DNA from: Flavobacteriales bacterium
GTDB lineage: Bacteria; Bacteroidota; Bacteroidia; Flavobacteriales_F; PHOS-HE28
Direction: 5' to 3'
DNA length: 64,000 nucleotides
Assembly (NCBI GenBank): GCA_020635655.1
Contig: JACJZI010000007.1
Span: 78,323-142,322 of the forward strand
Shown: positions 27,468 to 36,571 of the stretch, in pieces
How the letters are laid out: each line of letters opens with the position of its first letter
Numbering within the stretch: position 1 is the stretch's first letter
Notes under the pieces: model-generated
Told to the model about the DNA's origin: nothing
Databases searched by the model: none
Seen by the model: the letters and a program-made list of their open reading frames with translations, nothing else
Made by a program: the position numbers and the translations under genes

Positions 27468-27860
27468 ATGGCGACCCGCTTGCTGCATATCGACCGTACG
27501 GAGACATCGCCACAGGTCGACCTCGATCTGGAACACGGTCGTCTCGAGTTCATCGGCCGGTCGCTGCCCGCCAATTCGGAACAGTTCTATTCGCGGGTCT
27601 ACCTGTGGCTGGACGATTACCTGCGCGCGCCATTGCCGGAGACGGTGGTGAACATGCGTCTGGACTATCTGGACACAAGCTCATCGAAGCACCTGTACAA
27701 CATCTTCGAGCGCCTGAATGCCGTCAGCGAACGGGGCCAGAAGGTGAGTGTCAACTGGCACTACGAGACCGGTGACGAGGAAATGGCGGAGACCGGCGAG
27801 GACTACCGTGATTTCTTCAAGCTCGACTTCCGCATCATCGAGGTGGCGGAACTGTTCTGA
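27468..27860 (+). CDS. DUF1987 / SiaC-family regulatory protein
   Basis: 130-aa ORF. The segments TSPQVDLDLEHGRLEFIGRSLPANSEQFYSRVYLWLDDY...MRLDYLDTSSSKHLYNIFERL...VNWHYETGDEEMAETGEDY follow the DUF1987 pattern (S.PEN..FY..., YFNTSSSK, W.YE.DDEDM.E.GE). Confidence 0.8.
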   Translation: MATRLLHIDRTETSPQVDLDLEHGRLEFIGRSLPANSEQFYSRVYLWLDDYLRAPLPETVVNMRLDYLDTSSSKHLYNIFERLNAVSERGQKVSVNWHYETGDEEMAETGEDYRDFFKLDFRIIEVAELF

Positions 27861-27908
27861 GCAGCGGTCCGGCGTTCCTCATTTACCTGATCGGTCCGCG
27901 GGCCCGGG

Positions 27909-29240
27909 TCAAAGCAGTTGATTGGCGAGATTGGCCAATGCGCTCCTCTCCCCCTTCTCGAGCGTGATGTGGGCGAACAGGGGATCGCCCTTGGCCTTGT
28001 CGATCAGGTAGCTGAGGCCGTTGCTCTCGGCATCCAGATAGGGCGTGTCGATCTGGTGGATGTCCCCCGTGAAGACGATCTTGGTCCCTTCACCCGCCCG
28101 GCTGATAACGGTCTTGATCTCATGCGGGGTCAGGTTCTGTGCCTCGTCGATGATGAAGAAGATGTTGCTGAGGCTCCGACCGCGGATATAGGCCAATGGA
28201 GCGATCGCGATCTTCTCGTTCTCCAGCATCTCATCGATGCGCTTGGGCGTGCTGTCGTGCTTCTCGAACTGGCCCTTGATCAGCTTCAGGTTGTCCCACA
28301 GCGGTTGCATGTAGGGATCGAGCTTGCTCTGGATGTCACCGGGCAGGTAGCCGATGTCCTTGTTGCTCAACGGCACGACAGGCCGCGTGACATAGATCTG
28401 CCGGTAAAGGCGCCGTTGTTCCAGCGCGCATGCCAGCGCGAGCAGTGTCTTGCCCGTACCGGCGGTACCCTGCAGTGTGACCAGACGGATCTCCGGGTCC
28501 AGGAGCGCCGACATCGCCAGCGCCTGTTCCGCGTTGCGTGGCCCGATGCCGAACACATGCTGCTTCTCGACACGGTTCACCTGCGCGGTCCGCGGATCAT
28601 ATTTGGCGAGTATCGACTTTTTCTTGTGACGAAGGATGAAAAAGTGATTGCCGGAAGGCTTCTCAAGTCCCAGGCGTTCGATGTCCGAGCTGCCCTCCTC
28701 GAAGAGCCCATCGATGAGCCCCTCATCGACGTCCTCCACCACGGTGCGACCGGTGTACAGCTTCTGACGCACGTCATGCACCTTGCCGGTCAGGTAGTCC
28801 TCCGCGTCGATGTTCAGTGACTTCGCCTTGAGCCGGAGACAGACATCCTTGGTCACCAGCACCACCCGGCGTGCCTTGTTCGCGCGCTTCAGCGTGAGCG
28901 CGGCGTTGAGGATGCGGTGATCGTACTTGTCGTCGTCGAAGACCTTGGTGGCATCGACCCCGTTGAGGTCGTGCTTGGCCACCACCTTGATCATGCCGGA
29001 CCCGTCCCCGTTCAGGGGGATCCAATCGGTCAGCAGCTCCCGCTTCGCGACCGTGTCGATGAGCCGGATGAATTCCCGGGCCTCATAGTTCACTGTTTCA
29101 TTTCCCTTCTTGAAGGTATCGAGTTCTTCGAGGACTTCTATCGGAATGGCCACGTCGTGCTCTTCGAAGCTCTTGATGGCCGAGTGGTCGTACAGGATAA
29201 CAGAGGTATCCAGCACGAAGATCTTGCGCTCTTTCTTCAT
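27909..29240 (-). CDS. PIN domain + PhoH-like ATPase (YlaK family)
   Basis: Start at ATG 29240 (MKKERKIFVLDTSVILYD, PIN N-terminus). Walker A motif in LQGTAGTGKTLLALA. PhoH C-terminal region reads FTGDIHQIDTPYLD. A TACATTTG -7 box lies 22 nt upstream. Confidence 0.92.
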   Translation of the reverse strand: MKKERKIFVLDTSVILYDHSAIKSFEEHDVAIPIEVLEELDTFKKGNETVNYEAREFIRLIDTVAKRELLTDWIPLNGDGSGMIKVVAKHDLNGVDATKVFDDDKYDHRILNAALTLKRANKARRVVLVTKDVCLRLKAKSLNIDAEDYLTGKVHDVRQKLYTGRTVVEDVDEGLIDGLFEEGSSDIERLGLEKPSGNHFFILRHKKKSILAKYDPRTAQVNRVEKQHVFGIGPRNAEQALAMSALLDPEIRLVTLQGTAGTGKTLLALACALEQRRLYRQIYVTRPVVPLSNKDIGYLPGDIQSKLDPYMQPLWDNLKLIKGQFEKHDSTPKRIDEMLENEKIAIAPLAYIRGRSLSNIFFIIDEAQNLTPHEIKTVISRAGEGTKIVFTGDIHQIDTPYLDAESNGLSYLIDKAKGDPLFAHITLEKGERSALANLANQLL

Positions 29241-29262
29241 CCGATCAAGGAACGGTAGTGGC

Positions 29263-29270
29263 CAAATGTA
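29263..29270 (-). promoter_or_regulatory. Bacteroidota -7 promoter box (TACATTTG) for the PIN/PhoH gene
   Basis: Exact TAnnTTTG match on the minus strand, 22 nt upstream of ATG 29240. Confidence 0.5.
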
Positions 29271-29746
29271 TCGGAGGGGGGAACCGCGCTTCCGCACGCG
29301 CATGGCGCACTTATTCACAACCGATCGTGTTGTTCACAGGATCGCGCAGGACCGTTCGGCAGTGTTGGCCATGCGGCGGAACGCAGAGCGGGGGTCGACC
29401 TTGTCGGTGACCCCCGCTCCCATCCTTACGGGCCGTGACCCGCTCGTGATGCCAAGCTCATCCACTTTGTCGCATCGCCCTCGTTCCCGACGTTGCCGTC
29501 GTCACCAGGTCGGTGTCCGTCCGGTGGTGGGGTCATGCGTGGCTGGCACACCGCCCCGCGCCGCAGCCTCACCTCTTACCAGGTACCGAATGCGTCCCGA
29601 AGGTCACTTTCAGTCGGCCACTTCGCTCTTACACACCGAACGTGGATCACGCTTGGTGAGGCCAAGGTATCCGGGGGCCGATCGAAGGCCAATTCCATGG
29701 GCTTCGCCTTTTGCACAACTTGTGCACAGCCCCAACGAACACCGGT

Positions 29747-31720
29747 TCAACGGCCAAGCATCAGCCGCTGTCGGACGGCCGGCCCCCTCTCGGGGATCCA
29801 TTCCGCGATGTACACGGCCTGCCCGATCGCACCCAGATCCACGCGCACCACGCCGTCGAGCAGGAGTTCGGAAGAATGGACCGTTCGACCCTGGGTGTCG
29901 TGAATGCGCAGCATGCCCGGAACGGTGGCACCATCGGTCGATGCGATGCGGACCGTGGCTCCATCGACCACTGCGATGGACACAACCGAGGTCGCATGCG
30001 CAACTATCCCGAGACAGGGTTGGACCAGCACGGCCAGCGCTGCGGATGCGTCCGTGCATGGCGGGATCCCGGCGACCGTGTAGGTGTAAAGTCCGGAGGG
30101 ATCACTGGTCGGCATCAGGATCCCGCTGTGCGCCTGACCGTTCGGGTCCATCCAGGACCCACCCGGGTCCGGTGTTCCACCCAGATACGGCAGCAGGTCC
30201 GTGGGGCCCGCGTTCTCGCAGATCGCAGCCGTCCCGTTGGAGCCTGCATCGGGTGGGTCCATCACGTCGAAGACGAGATCGGCCGTATCGTTCACGCAGG
30301 GCGCTGTGCCGTATACCACATAGAGGATGTCATAGTTGCCAGCGGTCGTGGGCAACTGGGAGATGGGCATGCCGTTCGACCAAAAGATGCCGGTGAGGTC
30401 GCCCCCATTGATGAACCCGATCAACGGCGATGGCGTGCCCATGTTGCAAATGGCGAACATGCCGGAGTTGCCCGCATTGGCCCCTTCGTTCAAGGTCACG
30501 TTCACCACGGCCGTATCCGCCGGGCAGACCCCGTTGTCGACCACATATGCGTATGGCCCACCGTTGTCGGCATCCGTATCGAACAAGGCCGGATGCGGCA
30601 CACCGCCGGGCCCGGCCCAGGAACCACTGCTGTCCGGGGATCCGCCAAGCTCGAGGAACAGATCGTAGGTGCCCGTGTTCTTGCAATAGGTCACCGCGTT
30701 GTCAAGTCCCGCATCGGGTTCGGATACGATGGTCAGGTCCAGGCCGTTGTCCGAACCGATCGTCATGGGCATGCTCGCCATGACCCGGACCCTGTATCCC
30801 GCCCCCGGGGGTGTGCCGGGTGGGATCGTGGCCATGATGGGTGTGGCCGAAGTGGCCGCGACACTGCCGATGGATGTCGGCGAAGCAAATGAACCGGTCG
30901 CATCGGAGAGCTCGGCGGTGAAGACATTGCCTGCCGTGTAGGTGCCCTGCACAACGTAATCCACCACCAGCGCGGAACCTGCGCAATAGACCTGTGATCC
31001 GGTCGCGTTCGTGGTGATCGCGGCGGGTGTCGTGGCGGTCGCCGCGATGCGGACATCATCTATGCCGAACGCGGGGTCCTGCGCATTGATGGAGGTGCCG
31101 TTGACGAACCGGAACCCGAACCGTACCGTGGCCTGTCCGGCCAGTCCCGGCAGGGTGATGGATTGTTGCACCCAGGAGGCCTGCGCGTGGTATTGCGTGA
31201 TGGGCGTGGTGATCAGGCTCCAATTGGCACCCCCATCGGTGCTGGAATAGACCTCGCCATAGGCATTGTTGCTCCCCGCACAAAGCCACCAGAAGGAGAG
31301 CGTGACATCGGAGTAACCGATCGTGCTCACATCGTTCGTCATCCGGGCGAAGTGGCTCCCGCTGTTCGTGCAAAGGCCGTCCGCCGCCGAGAAGCAACAA
31401 TTGGTGATGCCGTCCGCGATCGCCTCCACGCTCGTGATGTGCATGTAGTGCCCATTGGACGACCCGATCCCGCCCGGTTGGCCGGCGGTGTTGTTGATCG
31501 TGTAGGTGAACGGGATGCCGAGGCAGATCACATCGCCGCTTCCGCCGGTGTAGCTGGAATTGATCAGCCAGGTATTGGCCCCGCCCACCTGCGAACCGAC
31601 ATCCGCGGTGTTCAGGTCGAATGCGGGAGCGGGACCTTCGAAGTCCTCCGTGAACAGCACGGTCTGGGCTTGGACGGCCAACAAGGCGGTGCCTGCCGCC
31701 AGGGTGAACAAGAGGCGCAT
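29747..31720 (-). CDS. T9SS-sorted cell-surface protein: N-terminal lectin/MAM-like domain, repeated Cys-bounded Ig-like domains, C-terminal sorting domain
   Basis: Start at ATG 31720 (MRLLFTLAAGTALLAVQAQ). Repeats of the pattern DAG.d....C......dL...LGG.PD.GG.W. The last ~80 aa resemble a Por secretion tail (MLRIHDTQGRTVHSS...VDLGAIGQAVYIAEW). Confidence 0.82.
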   Translation of the reverse strand: MRLLFTLAAGTALLAVQAQTVLFTEDFEGPAPAFDLNTADVGSQVGGANTWLINSSYTGGSGDVICLGIPFTYTINNTAGQPGGIGSSNGHYMHITSVEAIADGITNCCFSAADGLCTNSGSHFARMTNDVSTIGYSDVTLSFWWLCAGSNNAYGEVYSSTDGGANWSLITTPITQYHAQASWVQQSITLPGLAGQATVRFGFRFVNGTSINAQDPAFGIDDVRIAATATTPAAITTNATGSQVYCAGSALVVDYVVQGTYTAGNVFTAELSDATGSFASPTSIGSVAATSATPIMATIPPGTPPGAGYRVRVMASMPMTIGSDNGLDLTIVSEPDAGLDNAVTYCKNTGTYDLFLELGGSPDSSGSWAGPGGVPHPALFDTDADNGGPYAYVVDNGVCPADTAVVNVTLNEGANAGNSGMFAICNMGTPSPLIGFINGGDLTGIFWSNGMPISQLPTTAGNYDILYVVYGTAPCVNDTADLVFDVMDPPDAGSNGTAAICENAGPTDLLPYLGGTPDPGGSWMDPNGQAHSGILMPTSDPSGLYTYTVAGIPPCTDASAALAVLVQPCLGIVAHATSVVSIAVVDGATVRIASTDGATVPGMLRIHDTQGRTVHSSELLLDGVVRVDLGAIGQAVYIAEWIPERGPAVRQRLMLGR

Positions 31721-31898
31721 GGGAAGGGGTCTAGACGGTCGTGAAACTAGGTCACCTTTGTCATTCCGGGGGACTTCCCGCCCCTTTCTTTCATCGGGAA
31801 CGGCCACGAGATGTTAACGATCCGGTGACCATTTCGTCGATCCCGGCTAACTTGCTCTCCCTCACTTTGTTCCGAAGAATCCAACACCCCTACAGCAG

Positions 31899-34800
31899 AT
31901 GAAGAACCGAAGTCGAAACTCAAGACCGTGGCTGGCGATGCTCGGTCTGGCAATGGCCCCGGCATGGGTCGACGCGCAAATCGCCGCATGGGATTTTACC
32001 GGCGAGAATACCGTGGCCACTTCCACGGCGGAAGTATTCGATGCCAACATGGATGCATCGAACCTCGTCACGCGCGGTGTGAACGCACCCGCGAGTTCTG
32101 GAACGAACTCATTCCGCACCCAGGGTTTCCAGAACGATGGGATCTCCACGGCCAATCTGGACTATTTCCAGATCACACTGAGCGCATCAACTGGCTACAC
32201 CCTTTCACTTAGCACCATCGATGCGCGACTGACCGGAACATCCTCGTATTCCGCAGCCCCTGGTGCATCGAACCAATTCGCGTACAGCCTTGATGGCACG
32301 ACCTTCTCGCTTATCGGCTCGCCTGCGGTGGTGATCGGCACGAACCAGACCATTCCGCAGATCGATGTCACAGGCATCCCGGCTCTCCAGAATGTGGCGG
32401 ACGGGGTGACGATCACCCTCCGGTTCTATGCCACTGGACAGACCGGCACGGGTGGCTGGGGGTTCTATTCCAACACCTCAGGCGCCTATGGTCTGGCGGT
32501 CGGGGGAACCCTTACTCCTTCCGGACCGGCCTGCGGGATCACGCTCAATGCGGAGAGCGCCGTGTGCAATAGCATGACCTCCGGCGCTGGTAATGATACC
32601 TACGACCTGAGCATTCCCTACAACGGTGTTCAAGCGGGAGTCACGGTGATCAACAACAGCGGTTCGGGCAGCGTGACCGGCGATGATCCCGCCACCGTAA
32701 GTGACGGCACCATCGTGATCAGCGGCATCAGCGAGGACGATGCCTATGATGTGACCTTCAGCATGCCTTGTGATGCCCTTACCGTGAGCGGTGCCGCGCC
32801 GAACTGCGAACCGGCACCCGCCGGCACCATCATCAACTTCGATGATGATCTCAACTGGACCCAGGGATCCGTGGCGCTGACCTCCTATGCCTCCGATCAC
32901 CTGTACGCATCGAACGATTGGTCCTTCACGGGTGGTCCGGCCCTCCGTCAGGGAACCGCGGCCCAGGATGGGTTCCCGGGCGCGTTCGGCACCTATTCCT
33001 GGAGGCTCCAGAACGTGGCGACGGTGGATTGGCGCGCGACCTGGCAGGGAACGGACATCATTGATGTGTTCGGCTTCAAGGTGCGCCGCTGGGACGGAAG
33101 CCCCAGCCCCGCTTTCGAAGTGAGCTACAGCACCGACGGTGGTTCGACCTTCTCCGCCTCCGTGCAGACGATCGACAACACCTATCTCAACAATACTTCG
33201 GACTGGACGACCTTCAGCTACACCATTCCTTCCCCTGCCGCCGTGGCAGCGGGCCAGTTCGTGGTGCGTGTGGCCTCCACCGGTACTACCGAGCGGATCA
33301 TGATCGATGACTTCTACTTCGAGACCAGTCCGCTCCCGCCGGGTGCAGGCATCGTGATCAACGAAGTGGATTCCGACACGCCCGGCACGGACGATATGGA
33401 ATTCGTGGAGCTCTATGGCCCGGCCAATGCCCCCTTGGACGGGTTGGTCCTCGTGTTCTGGAACGGCAGCAACGACCAGTCCTACTCCGCTATCGACCTG
33501 GACGGCTTCAGTTTGGACGCCAACGGCTTTTTCGTCGCGGGCAATTCCGGGGTGACACCTGCGCCCGGGGTCACCTTCGCGAACAACTTGCTCCAGAACG
33601 GTGCCGACGCAGTGGCCCTGTACGTCGGCGATGCGACCGACTTCCCCACTGGAACGCCCGTCACGGCAACGAACATCATCGACGCACTGGTGTATGACAC
33701 GGACGATGCGGATGACACGGGCCTGTTGAGCGTATTGACACCGGGGCAACCCCAGATCAATGAGAACGCGAACGGGAACAAGGACCTCGAATCCTGCTCA
33801 CGCTTCCCGGACGGTGGCACCCCGTTGAACACCTCCACCTATGTGGTGCAATTGGCCACGCCCGGTGCGACCAACGTGGGCAGCTGCGGTGTGGTGTTCC
33901 AAACGGAGAGCGCCGTCTGCAACAGCTCCAACCCAGGTCCGGGCGACACCTACGACCTGAGCATTCCCTACAGCGGCATCCAGGCGGGCGTGACCGTGAT
34001 CAACAACAGCGCCTCGGGCAGCGTGAGCGGTGATGACCCCGCCACCGTGGCCAATGGCACCATCGTGATCAGTGGCATCAACGAGACCGACAACTACGAC
34101 GTGTCGCTCTCCTCGCCCTGCGACCTGGTGAACGTCACCGGTCAGGCACCGGTCTGCGAACCACCGATCGACTACACGGTGCTGAAGATCAACGAGGTGG
34201 ACTACGACATGCCCGGCACCGACACGACGGAGTTCGTCGAGATCAAGAACACGGGAGCCTTGGCCATCAACATCGGTGGCGTACAGCTTCAACTGATCAA
34301 CGGCAGCAATGGGCTTCCTTATGCGACCTACGTGCTCAACAACACGGTGCTGGCCGCCGGTGACTACTACGTGGTGGGCTCCAGCTACGTCGAGAACGTG
34401 GACCAGGTGGAATGGACCAGCAATGGCATCCAGAATGGTGCGCCGGACGGAGTTGCCCTGCTCGACCCGAGCAACAACCTGCTGGATGCAGTGACCTACG
34501 AAGGCGACATCGCCGGCTATACCGAAGGCTCCGGCGTGGGCCTCGAGGACAACCCGACAGGCGTACCGCCATACAACGAACTGAGCATCTCGCGCTATCC
34601 GGATGGCACGGACACGGACCAGAACAACGTGGACTTCATGGTCAAGTGCATCACCCCGGGCACCACGAACTCCCCGGCGAACGACTTCTGTGTCTGCGCA
34701 CCCGCACAGGCCACGATCGGCACCCAGTGCATCGATGAGTTCACTTTCAACATCATCGTGAACGTGACGGACCTGGGCAGCAGCAGCAATGTGGTGGTAC

Positions 34801-36278
34801 TGGACGACCTGAACGGCTACCTGGAGATCGCGACGACCACTGGGCCGATCGTGCTCGGGCCGTACAACAACAACGACGTTGTTGCCGTGAGCCTGTTGCA
34901 TGAATCGAACACGCTTTGCGATGTGACGATCCCCGGCATCACCAACGACTGCGCACCCCCGCCCCCCTGTTTTGACAACGAGATGTCGTTGTCGATCCGG
35001 ACGGATGAGTATCCCTATGAGATCACCTGGGAGATCACCCCGGCGGGTGGCGGCGCCCCCCTCTGCAGCGGTGGTCCCTACTTCGTGCATAACAACATGG
35101 AGGTGGAGACCTGCTGCCTGCCGGATGGTTGCTATGCCCTGACCTTCTACGACAGCTTCGGTGATGGCATCGACGCGCCGGGTGGGTACGTGCTTCGCGA
35201 CCCGAACGGGGAGCGCATCCTGGACAGTGACGGCACCTACAGCAGCGCTGGCACGGCCGATCAACCCTTCTGCCTGCCCATCAGCGGCCAGAAGCTCGTG
35301 TTCCTTGATCGTGACCGCGAGGATTGGCTGAGCGGTGAATCGATGATCGCACAGGAAGATCCCGACGTGAGCGCCCAATGGGGCGTGGGCGACCAAACGG
35401 ACGACGGTTACCAGTTCTGGTTCCTCGACCCTGATGGCGGATATTCACGTCGCATCCTCCGCAACCATGCCACCTCCGGCGGTTACGGCCCGGCCAACGC
35501 CACCCGTGCCTGCAAGCTGAAGGTGAACGGATGGGTGACCCTGCCCATTCCCACCGATGTACTGCTGAACGTGCGCGTGCGCGCCAGTGTCAATGGGGTG
35601 TACAAGGAATTCGGACCGGCGACCCGTTTCAAGATGCTCTCCGCACCCGTGGCCTGCCCGACGACCAAGTTGATCGACGATCCCGGCAATGCCAATTATT
35701 CCTGTGGCGTGACGCGCACATTTGGCGGTTCGGACAAGATCTACTGCTACCCGGTGAGTGGCGCCAACAAATACCGCTGGCGGTTCGAGAACGCGGACGA
35801 GAACTTCGTTCGGATCATCGCTACGACCGTGCCGGGCCTCGTGCTGAACTGGGTCACGCTTCCCCTCGTCCCCGGCAGTCCTTACGATGTCAAGGTCCAG
35901 GCAAGCTTCGACGGCGGGGCCAATTACTGCGCCTATGGGGACAGCTGCGAGGTGTTCATCATGCTGCCATCCGTGGCTCAGAACGACCGGATCGTCTCCG
36001 AGGATCGGGAGCACATGGCTACCCTATTCCCCAACCCCAACAACGGCGAGCAGGTCTACCTGACGATGACCGGTCTGCCCGAGGGTGAGGATACGAACGT
36101 GTCCGTGGAGATGTTCGACATGTACGGGAATCTGGTCATGAGCACGGACCTGAAGACCAACGGAGGTACGCTCAACACCGTGATCGATCTCCATGGCACG
36201 CTGGCCGATGGTCTCTACACGGTGAACATGACCACGGGAGGCCAGATCCACGTTGAAAGACTGATCATCAACAAATAG
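31899..36278 (+). CDS. very large T9SS-sorted surface protein with two lamin-tail domains
   Basis: 1459-aa ORF with signal peptide. LTD signatures are GIVINEVDSDTPGTDDMEFVELYG and LKINEVDYDMPGTDTTEFVEIKN. C-terminal sorting domain reads LFPNPNNGEQVYLTMTG...GLYTVNMTTGGQIHVERLIINK. Confidence 0.9.
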   Translation: MKNRSRNSRPWLAMLGLAMAPAWVDAQIAAWDFTGENTVATSTAEVFDANMDASNLVTRGVNAPASSGTNSFRTQGFQNDGISTANLDYFQITLSASTGYTLSLSTIDARLTGTSSYSAAPGASNQFAYSLDGTTFSLIGSPAVVIGTNQTIPQIDVTGIPALQNVADGVTITLRFYATGQTGTGGWGFYSNTSGAYGLAVGGTLTPSGPACGITLNAESAVCNSMTSGAGNDTYDLSIPYNGVQAGVTVINNSGSGSVTGDDPATVSDGTIVISGISEDDAYDVTFSMPCDALTVSGAAPNCEPAPAGTIINFDDDLNWTQGSVALTSYASDHLYASNDWSFTGGPALRQGTAAQDGFPGAFGTYSWRLQNVATVDWRATWQGTDIIDVFGFKVRRWDGSPSPAFEVSYSTDGGSTFSASVQTIDNTYLNNTSDWTTFSYTIPSPAAVAAGQFVVRVASTGTTERIMIDDFYFETSPLPPGAGIVINEVDSDTPGTDDMEFVELYGPANAPLDGLVLVFWNGSNDQSYSAIDLDGFSLDANGFFVAGNSGVTPAPGVTFANNLLQNGADAVALYVGDATDFPTGTPVTATNIIDALVYDTDDADDTGLLSVLTPGQPQINENANGNKDLESCSRFPDGGTPLNTSTYVVQLATPGATNVGSCGVVFQTESAVCNSSNPGPGDTYDLSIPYSGIQAGVTVINNSASGSVSGDDPATVANGTIVISGINETDNYDVSLSSPCDLVNVTGQAPVCEPPIDYTVLKINEVDYDMPGTDTTEFVEIKNTGALAINIGGVQLQLINGSNGLPYATYVLNNTVLAAGDYYVVGSSYVENVDQVEWTSNGIQNGAPDGVALLDPSNNLLDAVTYEGDIAGYTEGSGVGLEDNPTGVPPYNELSISRYPDGTDTDQNNVDFMVKCITPGTTNSPANDFCVCAPAQATIGTQCIDEFTFNIIVNVTDLGSSSNVVVLDDLNGYLEIATTTGPIVLGPYNNNDVVAVSLLHESNTLCDVTIPGITNDCAPPPPCFDNEMSLSIRTDEYPYEITWEITPAGGGAPLCSGGPYFVHNNMEVETCCLPDGCYALTFYDSFGDGIDAPGGYVLRDPNGERILDSDGTYSSAGTADQPFCLPISGQKLVFLDRDREDWLSGESMIAQEDPDVSAQWGVGDQTDDGYQFWFLDPDGGYSRRILRNHATSGGYGPANATRACKLKVNGWVTLPIPTDVLLNVRVRASVNGVYKEFGPATRFKMLSAPVACPTTKLIDDPGNANYSCGVTRTFGGSDKIYCYPVSGANKYRWRFENADENFVRIIATTVPGLVLNWVTLPLVPGSPYDVKVQASFDGGANYCAYGDSCEVFIMLPSVAQNDRIVSEDREHMATLFPNPNNGEQVYLTMTGLPEGEDTNVSVEMFDMYGNLVMSTDLKTNGGTLNTVIDLHGTLADGLYTVNMTTGGQIHVERLIINK
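32532..32813 (+). repeat. intragenic duplicated module, copy 1 (Cys-bounded ~94-aa domain preceding LTD 1)
   Basis: CGITLNAESAVCNS...TYDLSIPYNGVQAGVTVINNSGSGSVTGDDPATVSDGTIVISGI...NCEP. Shares a 25-nt identical DNA stretch (acctacgacctgagcattccctaca) with copy 2. Confidence 0.8.
33885..34163 (+). repeat. intragenic duplicated module, copy 2 (precedes LTD 2)
   Basis: CGVVFQTESAVCNS...TYDLSIPYSGIQAGVTVINNSASGSVSGDDPATVANGTIVISGI...VCEP. Lies 1353 nt downstream of copy 1, in the same frame. Confidence 0.8.
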
Positions 36279-36304
36279 CGGGGATAGCCCCATTGAAGGG
36301 ATGG

Positions 36305-36340
36305 CCCCGTTCCCGCGGTTCGCGGGAACGGGGCTTTTCC
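36305..36340 (+). terminator. hairpin terminator after the LTD surface protein gene
   Basis: The 13-nt arm CCCCGTTCCCGCG, a gtt loop and the arm CGCGGGAACGGGG are followed by CTTTTCC. The hairpin can also serve the convergent minus-strand gene. Confidence 0.6.
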
Positions 36341-36571
36341 TTGGAACCGCCCCGGGGTCGATCGAGGTCGGTCCGTTGGATGACCCTCATGCAAGGGGAA
36401 AGGGATCGCCCGGGCGGTCGGGGTCCGGGCAAGACCTGCACGCCCCAGCACGGGGTCGAAAGGACCAGCCGCAGCGCCAGCCGGCCAAAGCGGGCGGCAT
36501 GCGTCGTCCAAGCGGACAGCATCCCATGTGCCTGAACCGTGCGTGTATCCGATGTGCGTCCCGAGGTGAAC

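Noticed and set aside
29560-29700. Possible RNase P RNA on the minus strand. Motifs seen are GUAAGAGCG, GGUAAGAGGUG, GAAAGUGACC and ACGGCCCGUA.
   Set aside because: The universally conserved P4 sequence (GGAAAGUCCGG) and the ACAGAA.CCGGCUUA 3' element are absent. The resemblance is limited to short GC-rich words. The region is kept only as an unassigned structured region.
36341-36571. A 231-nt gap between the LTD-gene terminator and the stop of the convergent PQQ dehydrogenase gene, checked for a small gene or RNA.
   Set aside because: No ORF with coding bias, no strong hairpins beyond the shared terminator and no recognisable RNA motifs were found. It is most simply a long 3' UTR or spacer.
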